The position numbers and the translations under genes were made by a program. Shown here in pieces: positions 26,572 to 36,759 of a DNA stretch of 64,000 bases. The notes below the pieces were generated by a model. It did no database searches. It had not been told where the DNA came from and worked only from the letters and a program-made list of their open reading frames with translations. Position 1 is the first letter of the stretch. Every line of letters begins with the position of its first letter. Origin of the DNA: Thermoplasmata archaeon (GTDB taxonomy: Archaea > Thermoplasmatota > Thermoplasmata > Lutacidiplasmatales > UBA184); NCBI GenBank assembly GCA_028864975.1, contig JAGWLG010000007.1, forward strand, positions 60,842-124,841, read 5' to 3'.

Positions 26572-28104
26572 ATGCACCTCGAAGCATCCAGCCCGCCGAG
26601 ACCCCGCCCTTCGACGACCCTCGCTCTCTCCGTTCGGCCTTGGCCCGGCCGCGGGCGGCGTTCGAGAGGAGTTCCTACGTTGGTCGCGGTCCCGTTCTTG
26701 CTCCTCGCATTGGCGCTCCCGGCGCTCGGCGCAGCCCCGCACGCGGGGTCGGGAGCCGCGGCCAGCCCGCTCGGCTCCGCGGTCCCGGCGGACCATGGCG
26801 GCTCAGGTTGCGGCGGCAGCGGCGGCGACCAGGTGCCGGCGGACGGCGGGGGCGGTAGCGGCCCCTGCGGGACCTGGGCGTGGGGCGCGGCAGCGAACCT
26901 GACCGCGAGCTTGGAGTTCGAAGGATCGTACAACGCCTCCCAGTTCCTCACCGGCGGCGGGCTCACGGCGCAGGGGGCCTACATCGACCTCCAGGCGTCG
27001 CTCTCCGCGCAGTGGGCGGCCTACGCGATCATCAACGCAACGAGCCCGGCCCCCGGTTCCACCTACGTGACCTTCCAGGCCGGACAGCTCGTCGACCTCG
27101 ACCTCTCGGTCGTCGCCGACGGGACCTTCCCCCAGGCGGGGACCTACGGTCCCTCGAGCAACGTGACGCTGGTCCCGATGAACGTCTCGCTCGTGGCCCA
27201 CCTGAAGCTCGTGGACCGCTACCAAGCGTTCCTCAACCTGACCACGGACGCGAACGGCTCGGTCGCTCTCACCGACGAGCACCTGCAGTTCTTCCGGACG
27301 GTCGACGTCTCGCTCAACGCGGTGAACTTCCCCAACATCACGACGGACCCGTCGGGGAACGCCGTCGTCCAGTACGAGACGGGTTCGCTGCAGGCCCACG
27401 GCCAGGTCGCCGCGGACGTCCAGGGGACCTTCACGCCCGCCCTGCTCCTCGTCGACGCCCCGCTCTTCGTGGGAAAGTCCTGGACCTCCAGCACCTCCGC
27501 ACAGTTCACGGGGCAGGAGCTCTGGAGCATCACCGCGAGCGGGGTGGCCCCGAACGGTCAGCCGTTCTCCTTCCAGCAGAACGGGCAGCAGAGCGCGAAC
27601 GGGAACGGGGAGCTCGTGCTCACGTTCACCGTGGTGGGCGAGCGGACGATCTACTTCCCGGACGGAGGCTCCGAGACGGACTACGTCATCGGGATCCAGG
27701 GAGGCGGCGGCGGCCAGGGGGCGATCCTCTACAACGGGCTGATCGTGGTCCCGACCTCGGTCGCCTCGAGCACCGGAGGGGCCGGGAACTCGGTCTCGGC
27801 GCACCCCGCCGCGACGGCGCTCTCGTCCTCCACGGCGACCCCCAACCGACCGCTCTACTCGCCTCAGAAGAAGATGACCGACGCCTCCGATGCCACGCCC
27901 GTGAGCGGGCAGACGGTGACCGCGGCCCCGATGTCCCCCCAGAAGGCGCAGACCCTCCTGGACAGCCTTGGGGGCCTCTCTCCGCTCCACTTCGGGGCGG
28001 TCTCGGACACGGCCTTCACCCTGCTGCTGGCCGGCGGGGCCGTCGTGGTCGTCGGCATCGCCTTCCGCGAGGTACGGCGCCGCCGAAGGAACCGGTCCTG
28101 GTAG
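26572..28104 (+). CDS. Secreted or membrane-anchored beta-rich surface protein
   Basis: Signal-like VPFLLLALALPALGA, many N-x-S/T sequons, C-terminal TM followed by RRRRRNRSW. Confidence 0.8.
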   Translation: MHLEASSPPRPRPSTTLALSVRPWPGRGRRSRGVPTLVAVPFLLLALALPALGAAPHAGSGAAASPLGSAVPADHGGSGCGGSGGDQVPADGGGGSGPCGTWAWGAAANLTASLEFEGSYNASQFLTGGGLTAQGAYIDLQASLSAQWAAYAIINATSPAPGSTYVTFQAGQLVDLDLSVVADGTFPQAGTYGPSSNVTLVPMNVSLVAHLKLVDRYQAFLNLTTDANGSVALTDEHLQFFRTVDVSLNAVNFPNITTDPSGNAVVQYETGSLQAHGQVAADVQGTFTPALLLVDAPLFVGKSWTSSTSAQFTGQELWSITASGVAPNGQPFSFQQNGQQSANGNGELVLTFTVVGERTIYFPDGGSETDYVIGIQGGGGGQGAILYNGLIVVPTSVASSTGGAGNSVSAHPAATALSSSTATPNRPLYSPQKKMTDASDATPVSGQTVTAAPMSPQKAQTLLDSLGGLSPLHFGAVSDTAFTLLLAGGAVVVVGIAFREVRRRRRNRSW

Positions 28105-28253
28105 TCGGTCCAGGTCGGACCCCGGGCGCACGAAACCTCCCTCGCGCGCCCGGGGGGGTCGTAACCTCAAGGTGCAGCCCTTCCCTCGGGGTCAGCGGGC
28201 GCTCATCCCCCACCCCGCCTCCTCCGACAATGGTGGGGAGAAGGGAGCGGTCC

Positions 28254-28640
28254 ATGGTCGAAAAGTTCGTGGTGCCCGTGGGCCAGTTCGGCCCCGGCGG
28301 GAGGGCGCTCAAGACGGTGGAGCTCGATGGGGAGCGCATCGCCGAGGGTGATCAAACGAAGGAGCTCGCCTCTGGCGCGAGCTCGACCCTGATCGCGGTC
28401 CACTGGACCCTCTATCGCACAACGGGCGCGAGGTCGTTGGCCCTGCACACCCTTCTCCGTCCCAGGAAGGGGGGGATGCCGTTCGTGGCCACTCTCGAGC
28501 GTTTCGCCTCCCCGACCGAACTCAGCGCGCGGCATCCAAGTCTCGCGGTCGCCGGAGCGTACGCCGCTTCCCCCGCACCGACCCGTCCCCCGTGGAAGGA
28601 CCTGCCCAGGCCGGGGCCTGAGAGCGCCCCACCGGAATAG
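28254..28640 (+). CDS. Hypothetical protein
   Basis: MVEKFVVPVGQF...WTLYRTTG... with plausible composition and a purine-rich leader. Confidence 0.55.
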   Translation: MVEKFVVPVGQFGPGGRALKTVELDGERIAEGDQTKELASGASSTLIAVHWTLYRTTGARSLALHTLLRPRKGGMPFVATLERFASPTELSARHPSLAVAGAYAASPAPTRPPWKDLPRPGPESAPPE

Positions 28641-28712
28641 GTCCCCCGTTTTCGAGGGGCGTCGGGAGTTCACCGCATTCTCTAATATCGCCGGCAGGTT
28701 GCCCGCGGTGCC

Positions 28713-29630
28713 ATGGTGGAACTGCCATCCTTCGTCACCGGCACCGACCGGCTGAAGCGGGGCTTCGCCCGGATGCAGCAGGGCGGGGTCATCATGGACG
28801 TGACCACCCCGGAGCAAGCCTCCATCGCCGAGGAGGCTGGGGCCGTCGCGGTGATGGCGCTGGAGCGCGTCCCCGCAGACATCCGGGCCTCCGGGGGAGT
28901 GGCCCGCATGGCCGACCCGATCAAGGTGCGCTCGATCATGGACCGGGTATCGGTCCCGGTCATGGCGAAATGTCGCATCGGGCATACCGCGGAGGCGCGG
29001 ATCTTGGAGTCGCTCGGCGTCGACATGGTGGACGAATCCGAGGTCCTGACGCCGGCCGACCCGTTCCATCACGTGGACAAGAGGTCCTTCACCGTGCCGT
29101 TCGTCTGCGGGGCCCGGAACCTGGGCGAGGCCCTCCGTCGCATCCACGAGGGGGCGGCCATGGTCCGCACGAAGGGGGAAGCGGGGACCGGGAACGTCGT
29201 GGAGGCGGTCCGTCACATTCGTCAGATGAACGATGACGTGGCGTCCCTCCAGGGGATGTCCACCGACCAGATGCTCACCTTCGCCGAGCGGGAGCGGGTG
29301 CCCGTGGAGCTCGTCCGCGAGGTGCGGACGCTCAAGCGGCTTCCGGTGGTCAACTTCGCGGCGGGGGGCATCGCCACCCCGGCGGACGCCGCGCTCTGCC
29401 GGATGCTGGGGGTCGACGGCGTCTTCGTCGGGAGCGGGATCTTCAAGGCCCAGGACCCGGAGAAGACCGCACGGGCCATCGTCGAGGCCTCGCTGCACTT
29501 CGACGACGCCGAGCTCCTGGCGCGTGTGAGCGGAGGGCTCGGGGAGCCGATGAAGGGCGTCGACATCGCCTCTCTCGCCCCTTCCGACCTCCTGCAGGCC
29601 CGCGAGAGCGTATTACGCCCCTCGCCGTAG
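28713..29630 (+). CDS. pdxS: Pyridoxal 5'-phosphate synthase lyase subunit
   Basis: [56 protein letters not shown]. Confidence 0.96.
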   Translation: MVELPSFVTGTDRLKRGFARMQQGGVIMDVTTPEQASIAEEAGAVAVMALERVPADIRASGGVARMADPIKVRSIMDRVSVPVMAKCRIGHTAEARILESLGVDMVDESEVLTPADPFHHVDKRSFTVPFVCGARNLGEALRRIHEGAAMVRTKGEAGTGNVVEAVRHIRQMNDDVASLQGMSTDQMLTFAERERVPVELVREVRTLKRLPVVNFAAGGIATPADAALCRMLGVDGVFVGSGIFKAQDPEKTARAIVEASLHFDDAELLARVSGGLGEPMKGVDIASLAPSDLLQARESVLRPSP

Positions 29631-29685
29631 GGGTCTCCCCAGGACGCGGCCCCGAAGGGCGGCCGCGAGGGGGAATCGCCCGGCT

Positions 29686-30822
29686 GTGAGGATCCTTCAG
29701 GTCTGCCCCTTCTACGCCCCGCACGTCGGGGGGGTCGAGACCCACGTGGAGATGGTCTCGGAGGAGCTCGCCCGGCGCGGGCACGAGGTCACCGTCCTGA
29801 CCAGCCGCCACGCTCCGGAGCTTCCAGAGGTCGAACGCACCCCCCGAGGGGTCACGGTCCGGAGGGTCCGTTCCCGGGGGACCGTGTTCCGCACGCCGCT
29901 CGCGCTAGGGACGGGCAGGGCCCTTCGGGACCTGCTCCCTCGCCCCGAGGTCGTCCACATGCACTATCCTCCGCCGGTCACCTCTTACCTCGCCGCCCGC
30001 GCGCTCAAGGCGGGCGGTCCCCCCGTGTGTCTCACCTATCACTGCGACCTCTTCATGGACGCCCCGTTCGGCGTGGCGCTCACCGCGGCCTACGAGAGGA
30101 TCTTCCTTCCTACGACCCTCGACGTGGCGCGGAAGATCATCGTCCACTCCCAGAGCTACGCCCGGACCTCCCGTGCGCTGCAGGGGCGGGACATCGCGGT
30201 CATCCCGTCCCTGGTGGACACCGACCGCTTCCAGCCTCGACAGGACGACCCGGAGCTGCGCAAGCGCCTGGGGGCCGAAGGGAAGAAGGTCGTGCTGTTC
30301 GTCGGGCGATTGGTCCCTCACAAGGGGGTCGAGGACCTGATCCTGGCCCTCTCGGAGCTCCCCCAGGACGCCCTCCTCGTCGTAGCGGGGGACGGCCCCC
30401 GGCGGGAGGCGCTCGAGGAGATGGCCAACTCGAACCAGGTGGGCGCACGCGTAAGGTTCGTGGGGGCCGTGAGCGACGCGGACCTTCCACGGTACCACGC
30501 CGTGGCCTCGGTCGTGGTCCTTCCTTCCCAGAACCGCCTGGAAGGCTTCGGTCTCGCGATCGTCGAGGCCATGGCCTCCGGTCGCCCGGCGATCGTCGCC
30601 GACCTCCCGGGGGTGCGTGAGGTCATCCAGGACGGCGTCGACGGCCTCCTCGTCGAACCCCTCCTCGCCGAGGACCTGGCGAAGAAGTGCGCCTCCTTGC
30701 TCTCCGACCCCTCGCGTCGGGCGACCATGGGAGCCAAGGCCCGGGAGAGCGCGCTATCGAAGTATCGGGCTCAGGTGGTTGTGGAACAGCTCGAGCGACT
30801 CTACCGTTCGATCTCGACGTGA
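29686..30822 (+). CDS. Glycosyltransferase family 4 (GT-B)
   Basis: GGVETHV, FVGRLVPHKG, EGFGLAIVEAMASG. Confidence 0.92.
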   Translation: MRILQVCPFYAPHVGGVETHVEMVSEELARRGHEVTVLTSRHAPELPEVERTPRGVTVRRVRSRGTVFRTPLALGTGRALRDLLPRPEVVHMHYPPPVTSYLAARALKAGGPPVCLTYHCDLFMDAPFGVALTAAYERIFLPTTLDVARKIIVHSQSYARTSRALQGRDIAVIPSLVDTDRFQPRQDDPELRKRLGAEGKKVVLFVGRLVPHKGVEDLILALSELPQDALLVVAGDGPRREALEEMANSNQVGARVRFVGAVSDADLPRYHAVASVVVLPSQNRLEGFGLAIVEAMASGRPAIVADLPGVREVIQDGVDGLLVEPLLAEDLAKKCASLLSDPSRRATMGAKARESALSKYRAQVVVEQLERLYRSIST

Positions 30823-30852
30823 GTCGAGGAAGGTCCCTGCCCGGACCTGGGC

Positions 30853-31680
30853 TCAAGGGGCGCGCACGGCCATGGCGCGCGATAGACGGGTGGCCTCGGC
30901 CCTTGCGGCCTCTTTCCAGTCGTCCCCCGAAGAGGCGAACAGGATCCCCCGAGAGCTGTTGATGAGCATCGCCCCGGCACCGCTGCCTCGTCCGTTCGCC
31001 AAGGAAGCTTCCAGGTCGCCCCCCTGACTGCCAACCCCCGGCACGAGGAGTGGCACATCCTCCCCCAAGACCTTCCTCGCTGTGGCCAGGGCCTCAGGGA
31101 AGGTCGCCCCGACCACCGCGCCCAAGTTCCCTCGACCCGCGCGCTCTCGGATCCCTTGGAGCAGCTCCTCCCAGATCGGTCGGCCGTCGACGGAGCGCTC
31201 CTGGAGGTCGCGAGCTCCGGGGTTCGACGTATGGGCGAGCACGAAGACCCCGCGGGCCGGGTCCTGAGCGACCGCCTCCACGCTCTCCCACCCCAGGAAA
31301 GGCGAGACGGTCATGGCATCGAACCCGAGCCGCTCGAAGACCGCCTTGGCGTAGAGGCCCATGGTGTTGGGGATGTCCCCCGCCTTGAGGTCCAAGATGC
31401 GGAGCCGTCCTTCGCCGATCCGGCGCACGACGGCGGGAATGGCTCCGATGCCCTCGGGACCGAAGGCGAGGAAGGAGGCCAGCTGAAGCTTGTAGGCCGT
31501 GCAGGAGGGCCGGGTCGCTTCCACGATCCCCTCAACGAAGGTGGCCAAGGCGTCCGCGGTCCGTCGGCCGTGCAGCGGGTGCGGGAGCTTCGTGGGGTCC
31601 GGGTCGAGCCCCACGCAGAGATGGGTACCCTGCTTGCGGAGCAGGACATCTAACCGCTGCGAGAAGGTTTCCTTCGGCAT
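30853..31680 (-). CDS. pyrF: Orotidine 5'-phosphate decarboxylase
   Basis: CVGLDPD, AYK, LDLKAGDIPNT, TSNPG, PGVGSQGG. Confidence 0.93.
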   Translation of the reverse strand: MPKETFSQRLDVLLRKQGTHLCVGLDPDPTKLPHPLHGRRTADALATFVEGIVEATRPSCTAYKLQLASFLAFGPEGIGAIPAVVRRIGEGRLRILDLKAGDIPNTMGLYAKAVFERLGFDAMTVSPFLGWESVEAVAQDPARGVFVLAHTSNPGARDLQERSVDGRPIWEELLQGIRERAGRGNLGAVVGATFPEALATARKVLGEDVPLLVPGVGSQGGDLEASLANGRGSGAGAMLINSSRGILFASSGDDWKEAARAEATRLSRAMAVRAP

Positions 31681-31821
31681 TCGCTTCCGGCCGCCGGAGG
31701 ACCGGGTCCACTTAGAGCCTCGCGCGTCGCGGACCCCAGGTCATCTAGCAGTCACCTCGTCGATGTCCTTCGGCTTTTTCTTCGCATTATCGCCTCGACG
31801 CCGTTCGGAGGCGACAGCGAC

Positions 31822-33168
31822 ATGGAGAACGAGATCGCGGCGTGTGTCGAGGAATTGGCCGGAGTGCGGGGACTGGGCGTCCCGAAGGAGACCGTCCAGA
31901 GGGAGCTCGAGGCGCTGGTGAAGCTGGACCATGTCCCACCGGTGGTGGCGAAGGAGGAGCTGCTGCGTCGGTACCGAGAGGCTCCCGCTCGTTCGGCGGG
32001 GCCCGCAAGATCCGAACCGGTCGACCTCCGGCTTCGGGAAGTTCGGGAGGGAGCGACCAGCGTGCGGATCGTGGCGAGGGTCCTGACCTCCGAGCGCCGA
32101 GAGGTCGCCCGGAAGAGCGGCGGTGGAAAGGCCGTGGTCCTCTCCGGATTGCTGTCCGATGGAACGGCCACGCTCCGCTTCAGCTGGTGGGACCCCCCGG
32201 CGGTCGAGCTCGAGCGTGGGTCGGTCCTCCGCGTCGCGAACCCCCGGGTGCGGAACTGGAAGGGCCGTCTCGACCTCTCCTTCGGGTGGAGCTCGCAGGT
32301 GGAGGTCGCGAGCGACGCGGAGCTTCTCCCCCTGCGCGACGAAGAGCTGCTTGACCGGAGCGTTCGGGACCTTCGCCCGGGGGACGAGGGGGTCCGCCTG
32401 AGGACCACGGTCCTCTTTGTCGAGGATCGGACGGTCAAAGTGGGGGAACGCGAGCGGGCGGTCCGCTCGGGAGTGATGTCCGACGCGACTGGGATGATCC
32501 CCTTCACCGCTTGGACCGACCTTCCCCTCGAACAGGACACCCACGTCGAGGTCAGGGGCGCCCATCTGCGGACCTTCCGGGGGACTGCCGAACTGGTCTT
32601 GGACGAGCGGACTCGGGTCGAGAGGTCGGCGGAGGAGGGCCGTGCCCTCCACGGCACCGAGATGGCTGCGCTGCCGGTCGAGATCGCGTCGCTCGAGGCC
32701 GGGGGGGCTCCCGGGCCAACGCTCGTCGACGGGATCGTGGTTGAGGTACGCTCCCCGAGCGGGCTCGTCCAGCGATGCCCACAGTGCTCCCGCAGCCTCG
32801 CGAAGGGTCTCTGCCGTACACACGGGGCGCAGAAGGGGGAAGTGGACCTCCGCGCCCGACTGGTCGTGGACGACGGAACGGGGGTCCTCACCGCTCAAAT
32901 GTCCCGAGGACCGGTCGAGGGGTTGCTGGGTCTCGACCTCGCTGGAGCCGTCGAGCTCGCCCGGGAGAAGTTGGACGCCTCGGCCGTGGAGGAGAGGCTG
33001 AAAGAGCGGGTCCTCGGTCGCAGGCTCCGGCTTCTGGGAAGGCCTGTCCCTGGGACATGGGGGCTGACGTTGTTCGTCGACCGTTCGCTCCCGATGGGAC
33101 GGCCCTCGCCGCCCATGCCTCCCCGAGCGTCGCCGACGATCGCCCCGCTCCCCTCGGAGGGTCCATGA
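31822..33168 (+). CDS. Replication protein A / ssDNA-binding protein (multiple OB folds plus zinc finger)
   Basis: Repeated SDGTATLRFSWW / SDATGMIPFTAW / DDGTG OB motifs and a CPQC...C..H Zn finger. Confidence 0.85.
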   Translation: MENEIAACVEELAGVRGLGVPKETVQRELEALVKLDHVPPVVAKEELLRRYREAPARSAGPARSEPVDLRLREVREGATSVRIVARVLTSERREVARKSGGGKAVVLSGLLSDGTATLRFSWWDPPAVELERGSVLRVANPRVRNWKGRLDLSFGWSSQVEVASDAELLPLRDEELLDRSVRDLRPGDEGVRLRTTVLFVEDRTVKVGERERAVRSGVMSDATGMIPFTAWTDLPLEQDTHVEVRGAHLRTFRGTAELVLDERTRVERSAEEGRALHGTEMAALPVEIASLEAGGAPGPTLVDGIVVEVRSPSGLVQRCPQCSRSLAKGLCRTHGAQKGEVDLRARLVVDDGTGVLTAQMSRGPVEGLLGLDLAGAVELAREKLDASAVEERLKERVLGRRLRLLGRPVPGTWGLTLFVDRSLPMGRPSPPMPPRASPTIAPLPSEGP

Positions 33169-33899
33169 CGACCGGGGCCTCAGGCAGCCAGGAGGCCGAG
33201 CCTGCCGCGTCGACCGCTCGTGCGGTCCCTCCGCGGGAGGTCGCTTGGCGGCTCTTTGCCCACGAGCTCACTTCCTCCTCGGTCCAGGAGAAGGGAGAAG
33301 GAGAGAAGGCGGCCACGCACGTTCTCTCTCCCCTCGGTGCTCGTGTGGGGCGGGTGCTCATGGTGGGCACCTTCACGCAGATCGAGCCGTTGGGCGAGGG
33401 GACCGTGCCCATGTGGAGGTCGCGTCTCACCGACCCCACGGGAGGAGTCTCCGTGACGGCAGGTCCCTATCAGCCCCGTGCCGCCGCCTTCCTGAGCCAG
33501 GCTCGTGCCCCCTGCCGCGCGCTCCTCGTGGGGAAGCCCCATCTCTTCCTCGGGCGCGAGGGCGTCCCCTTGGTCTCTATCCGGGCGGAGCTCTTGGTCT
33601 CGACCAGTGCGCAGGAGGAATCCGACTGGGTCCGAGAGACCGCCGGGCACACCCTGCGCCGCATCGAGCTCTGTCAAGAGGTTCTTGGAGCCGACGGTGC
33701 GGAGGTGGGCCCGTCTCTCAAGGGATGTCCCGCCCGCTGGGCAGGGGACGCCCGGAGCGTTCTGCGCCACTACCCGGGAGCGGACCCCGGACGCTTCGTG
33801 ACTACCGCTCGCTCCGCGCTTGCGAAGGTCACGGCGACAGCGGACGCCCCCGCCGGCCTCACAGGGAACGGAGAGGTGCCGCTTCCGTCGGAGAGCTGA
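33165..33899 (+). CDS. RPA-associated OB-fold protein (RPA32/RPAP-like)
   Basis: REVAWRLFAHEL, SPLGARVGRV, DPTGG...AGPYQP. ATGA overlap with RPA. Confidence 0.85.
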   Translation: MTTGASGSQEAEPAASTARAVPPREVAWRLFAHELTSSSVQEKGEGEKAATHVLSPLGARVGRVLMVGTFTQIEPLGEGTVPMWRSRLTDPTGGVSVTAGPYQPRAAAFLSQARAPCRALLVGKPHLFLGREGVPLVSIRAELLVSTSAQEESDWVRETAGHTLRRIELCQEVLGADGAEVGPSLKGCPARWAGDARSVLRHYPGADPGRFVTTARSALAKVTATADAPAGLTGNGEVPLPSES

Positions 33900-34042
33900 G
33901 CGACGCGGCGAGCCCTCCCGGCAGGAGGGAGAGGTCCTCCAATCTGACGGGAGGGCGCGGGTCCTGCGGCCCGCGGGGGACCCGCTCCTCTGCGACCGGG
34001 CTGACGCCAGGTTCTTCTTCGCCGAGGTCCCTCCCTCCAGCG

Positions 34043-36628
34043 ATGGCCGCTCGAGTGCGCCCCCCGGCGGTCGCCCGCTCCCCCTGCATGGGTCGAGAGC
34101 GGGAGTCCGCCGAACTTCTCTCCGCTGCCAGCTCGGCGGCGGAGGGGCACGGCGGCACCTGGTTGTTGTCCGGTCCTCCGGGGATCGGAAAGACCCACCT
34201 CATGAAGTGGCTCGCCCAGACGCTTCGCGCCTCGGACTTCACGGTCCTGGAAGGGTCGTTCTCCGACAGGAACGGGACCCCCCTCGCGAAGATCGAAGAG
34301 GTCTTCGCCAAGCTGGAACCCTCTCCCGCTCGCTCGGCCCCTCCTTCCACAGGTGCTCCCTTGTCGCGCGTCCCCCCGGCGTTGGCCTTGCTTCGTCACG
34401 TCCAGGCTCTGCTGAAGGCGAGCCAGGCCCGGCCGGTCGCGCTGCTCTTCGACGATGCGCAGCGGGCCGACCCGGAGTCGATCGGGGCCTTCCACCTGCT
34501 GTCGAGGGCGATGGGGGGGATCCGGGGTCTCCTCGTGGTCGCGTTGGGCGAGCAAACGGGAGCGTCGGAGCCCGAGGGTGACCCCTTTTGGAAGCGGACC
34601 CTCGCGTTGCTCTCCGAGGAAGGCAGCCTTCATCGTGTCGCTCTCGCCGGTCTCGACGGCTCGGCCGCTTCCCGGGTCATCGAATCGGTCTCGAAGGCTT
34701 CGCTCGAAGGGGCCGAAGGCTGGGAGATCCTCCAAGGGCTGCTCGGCCGCAGCGGCGGGAACCCGCTCTTCTTACGGGAGCTCGTGGAACTGCTCCTCCG
34801 TCAGCATCAGTTGGTCGTCGAGGGCGGACGGTTGCACCTCCAGGGAGCGGGACTCGACGAGGGGAGCCCGAAGGTCGGAGGAGGGTGGGGTCGATTCCCG
34901 CTTCCTCCCTCGCTACGCCGTCTCGTGCTGAGCCGCCTCGACCACGTCCTTCCCGCGGACCTGCAGCTGCTGGAAGCCGCCGCGCTCCTGGGGAGCCCCT
35001 TCGAGCTCGAACCCCTGGTCGGGGTGCTCGACCGGTCCCACCGCGACCTTGCCGCGACCTGTCAAGACCTCGTGCGGCTGAGCCTGCTGCAGCCGCAAGG
35101 GCCCGAGGACGAGGAGGAGTCCTGGAGCTTCGCGCACGACCTGGTCTGGGAGGTCGTGCTCCGCGAGGCCGAGACCAGTGGCCTGCGGGACCTCTCGGGC
35201 CGTCTCGCGCGGTGGTGGAGCCTTGAGCGCCCGGACGAGGTCGAGACCGTGGCCCGGCTCTTCCACGACGCGCGGGAGCCGCTCGAGGGAATTCGATGGG
35301 TCCGCGATGCGATCGACCGAGCGCTCCGGTCGGGAGCCACGGCAGCGGCCGAGCGGTACTTCCAGTGGTACTTCGACCTCCTCTCGTTCTCCCCTCAACC
35401 CGCCGAGCAGCGCGCTCGGGAAACGCTGGAGTTGGTCGACCGCCTCCTCGTTCGTCGGCTACGTCGCGAGACCCTCGGGGTGTTGAAGCAGCTCGAGACC
35501 GCCCACCCGACGGAGGAGATGCGGTGGCAGGTGGGCTGGAGGGAGGTCCACGTCCTCGTCTCCTTCGACCTGCCCCGGGCCGAGCGGCGTCTCGAGGAGC
35601 TGACCCGTTCGCTCGAGGGATCGAAGCTCTCGCAGGACCCGCTGCGTCGCGCCCAGCTCGCGTTCGCACGATGCGAGGTGTTGGGGGCGCGACTCGAGTG
35701 GGCGGAGGCGATCGCCGCCGGGGTGGAGTCCCTGGGACTGCAGGGGGAAGGTGCCTCCGCTTGGGAGCGAGGGCGACTGCTCTACGAGCTCGGGTGGGAC
35801 CACATGATGTTGGGACGACTGGGCCCGGCGCGCGAGCTGCTCGAGGAGTTGCGTGCGCTCACCGCGGTGGCCGAGGTCCCTGCGCTCGCGGCCACCGGTC
35901 GGGTGCTCGAGGGGACCCTGGCGCTCATGGAAGGGAACCTTCGGGCGGCGGCGGAGGCCTATCGCGAGGCCTCCTCACGCCTCCTAGAAATGGGTGCCAT
36001 GGAGGGCTACGGCACCTCCAAGGCGAATCTTGCGGAGGTGCTCGTCCAGCTGGGGGAGCTGGAAGGGGCGCGGCAGGCCCTGAAGGATGCGGAGCTCGTC
36101 GGGACCCGCTTCGGCTACCCTCGGGTCCTCCAAGGGTGCGCGCTCGAGTGGGCTTGGGTACACGCCGCGGAAGGACGATGGAGGGAGGTTCTTGCTTCGC
36201 TCGAGGAGTCGGAGAAGGGAGGCCGCGAGGGGGACTTCTCGGAAGAGCTCTGGGAAGCGCGGTTGCTCCACGCCTGGGCGCTGGGAGAGACCTCGGCACC
36301 GAACGAGGCCTTGGTGGAGCTTGAGCGGGTGCGGCGGGAGGAAGGGAAGCTCCAGCCTCACCTCCGCCCCTACCTTCCGAGGGTCGAGGGACGGCTCCTC
36401 GAGCTCGCAGGCCGGCCGGGCGCCCGGGAAGCCCTCGAGCGCGCGCTCGATGCTGCGCGGCGCTACTCCGGCCCGGAGGGCCAGGCCGAGGCTTGGCGGG
36501 AGATCGCCCGCTGGGAGCGTTCCCATGGAGGGGGCGAGGCGGCCGAGCGGGCGGAGCGGGAGGCTTCACGTCTCACCGGCCGTGCGCGCCTCCCTGCCGG
36601 AGACCTTCCGCCGCTTCCGACCCGCTGA
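34043..36628 (+). CDS. STAND-type ATPase with extended TPR region
   Basis: MGRERE, Walker A GPPGIGKT, Walker B LLFDDAQRAD, SGGNPLFLREL, FAHDLV, about 400 aa of TPR-like helices. Start trimmed to ATG 34043. Confidence 0.87.
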   Translation: MAARVRPPAVARSPCMGRERESAELLSAASSAAEGHGGTWLLSGPPGIGKTHLMKWLAQTLRASDFTVLEGSFSDRNGTPLAKIEEVFAKLEPSPARSAPPSTGAPLSRVPPALALLRHVQALLKASQARPVALLFDDAQRADPESIGAFHLLSRAMGGIRGLLVVALGEQTGASEPEGDPFWKRTLALLSEEGSLHRVALAGLDGSAASRVIESVSKASLEGAEGWEILQGLLGRSGGNPLFLRELVELLLRQHQLVVEGGRLHLQGAGLDEGSPKVGGGWGRFPLPPSLRRLVLSRLDHVLPADLQLLEAAALLGSPFELEPLVGVLDRSHRDLAATCQDLVRLSLLQPQGPEDEEESWSFAHDLVWEVVLREAETSGLRDLSGRLARWWSLERPDEVETVARLFHDAREPLEGIRWVRDAIDRALRSGATAAAERYFQWYFDLLSFSPQPAEQRARETLELVDRLLVRRLRRETLGVLKQLETAHPTEEMRWQVGWREVHVLVSFDLPRAERRLEELTRSLEGSKLSQDPLRRAQLAFARCEVLGARLEWAEAIAAGVESLGLQGEGASAWERGRLLYELGWDHMMLGRLGPARELLEELRALTAVAEVPALAATGRVLEGTLALMEGNLRAAAEAYREASSRLLEMGAMEGYGTSKANLAEVLVQLGELEGARQALKDAELVGTRFGYPRVLQGCALEWAWVHAAEGRWREVLASLEESEKGGREGDFSEELWEARLLHAWALGETSAPNEALVELERVRREEGKLQPHLRPYLPRVEGRLLELAGRPGAREALERALDAARRYSGPEGQAEAWREIARWERSHGGGEAAERAEREASRLTGRARLPAGDLPPLPTR

Positions 36629-36759
36629 CGGCCCTCGAGGCCGATTTCGGAGCATTTATACCCCCGCCTGTTTGCGCCGCCTGGGCTGTGAGGAGCACCT
36701 GTCTCGCCGAATCGATGAAGAGACCAGCGACATTCTGAGCCCACGATCTCAACCGAACC

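Noticed and set aside
33245-34042. N-terminal extension of the 1127-aa ORF as a possible effector domain
   Set aside because: It overlaps the RPA-associated gene in another frame and is low-complexity. The STAND protein starts at 34043.
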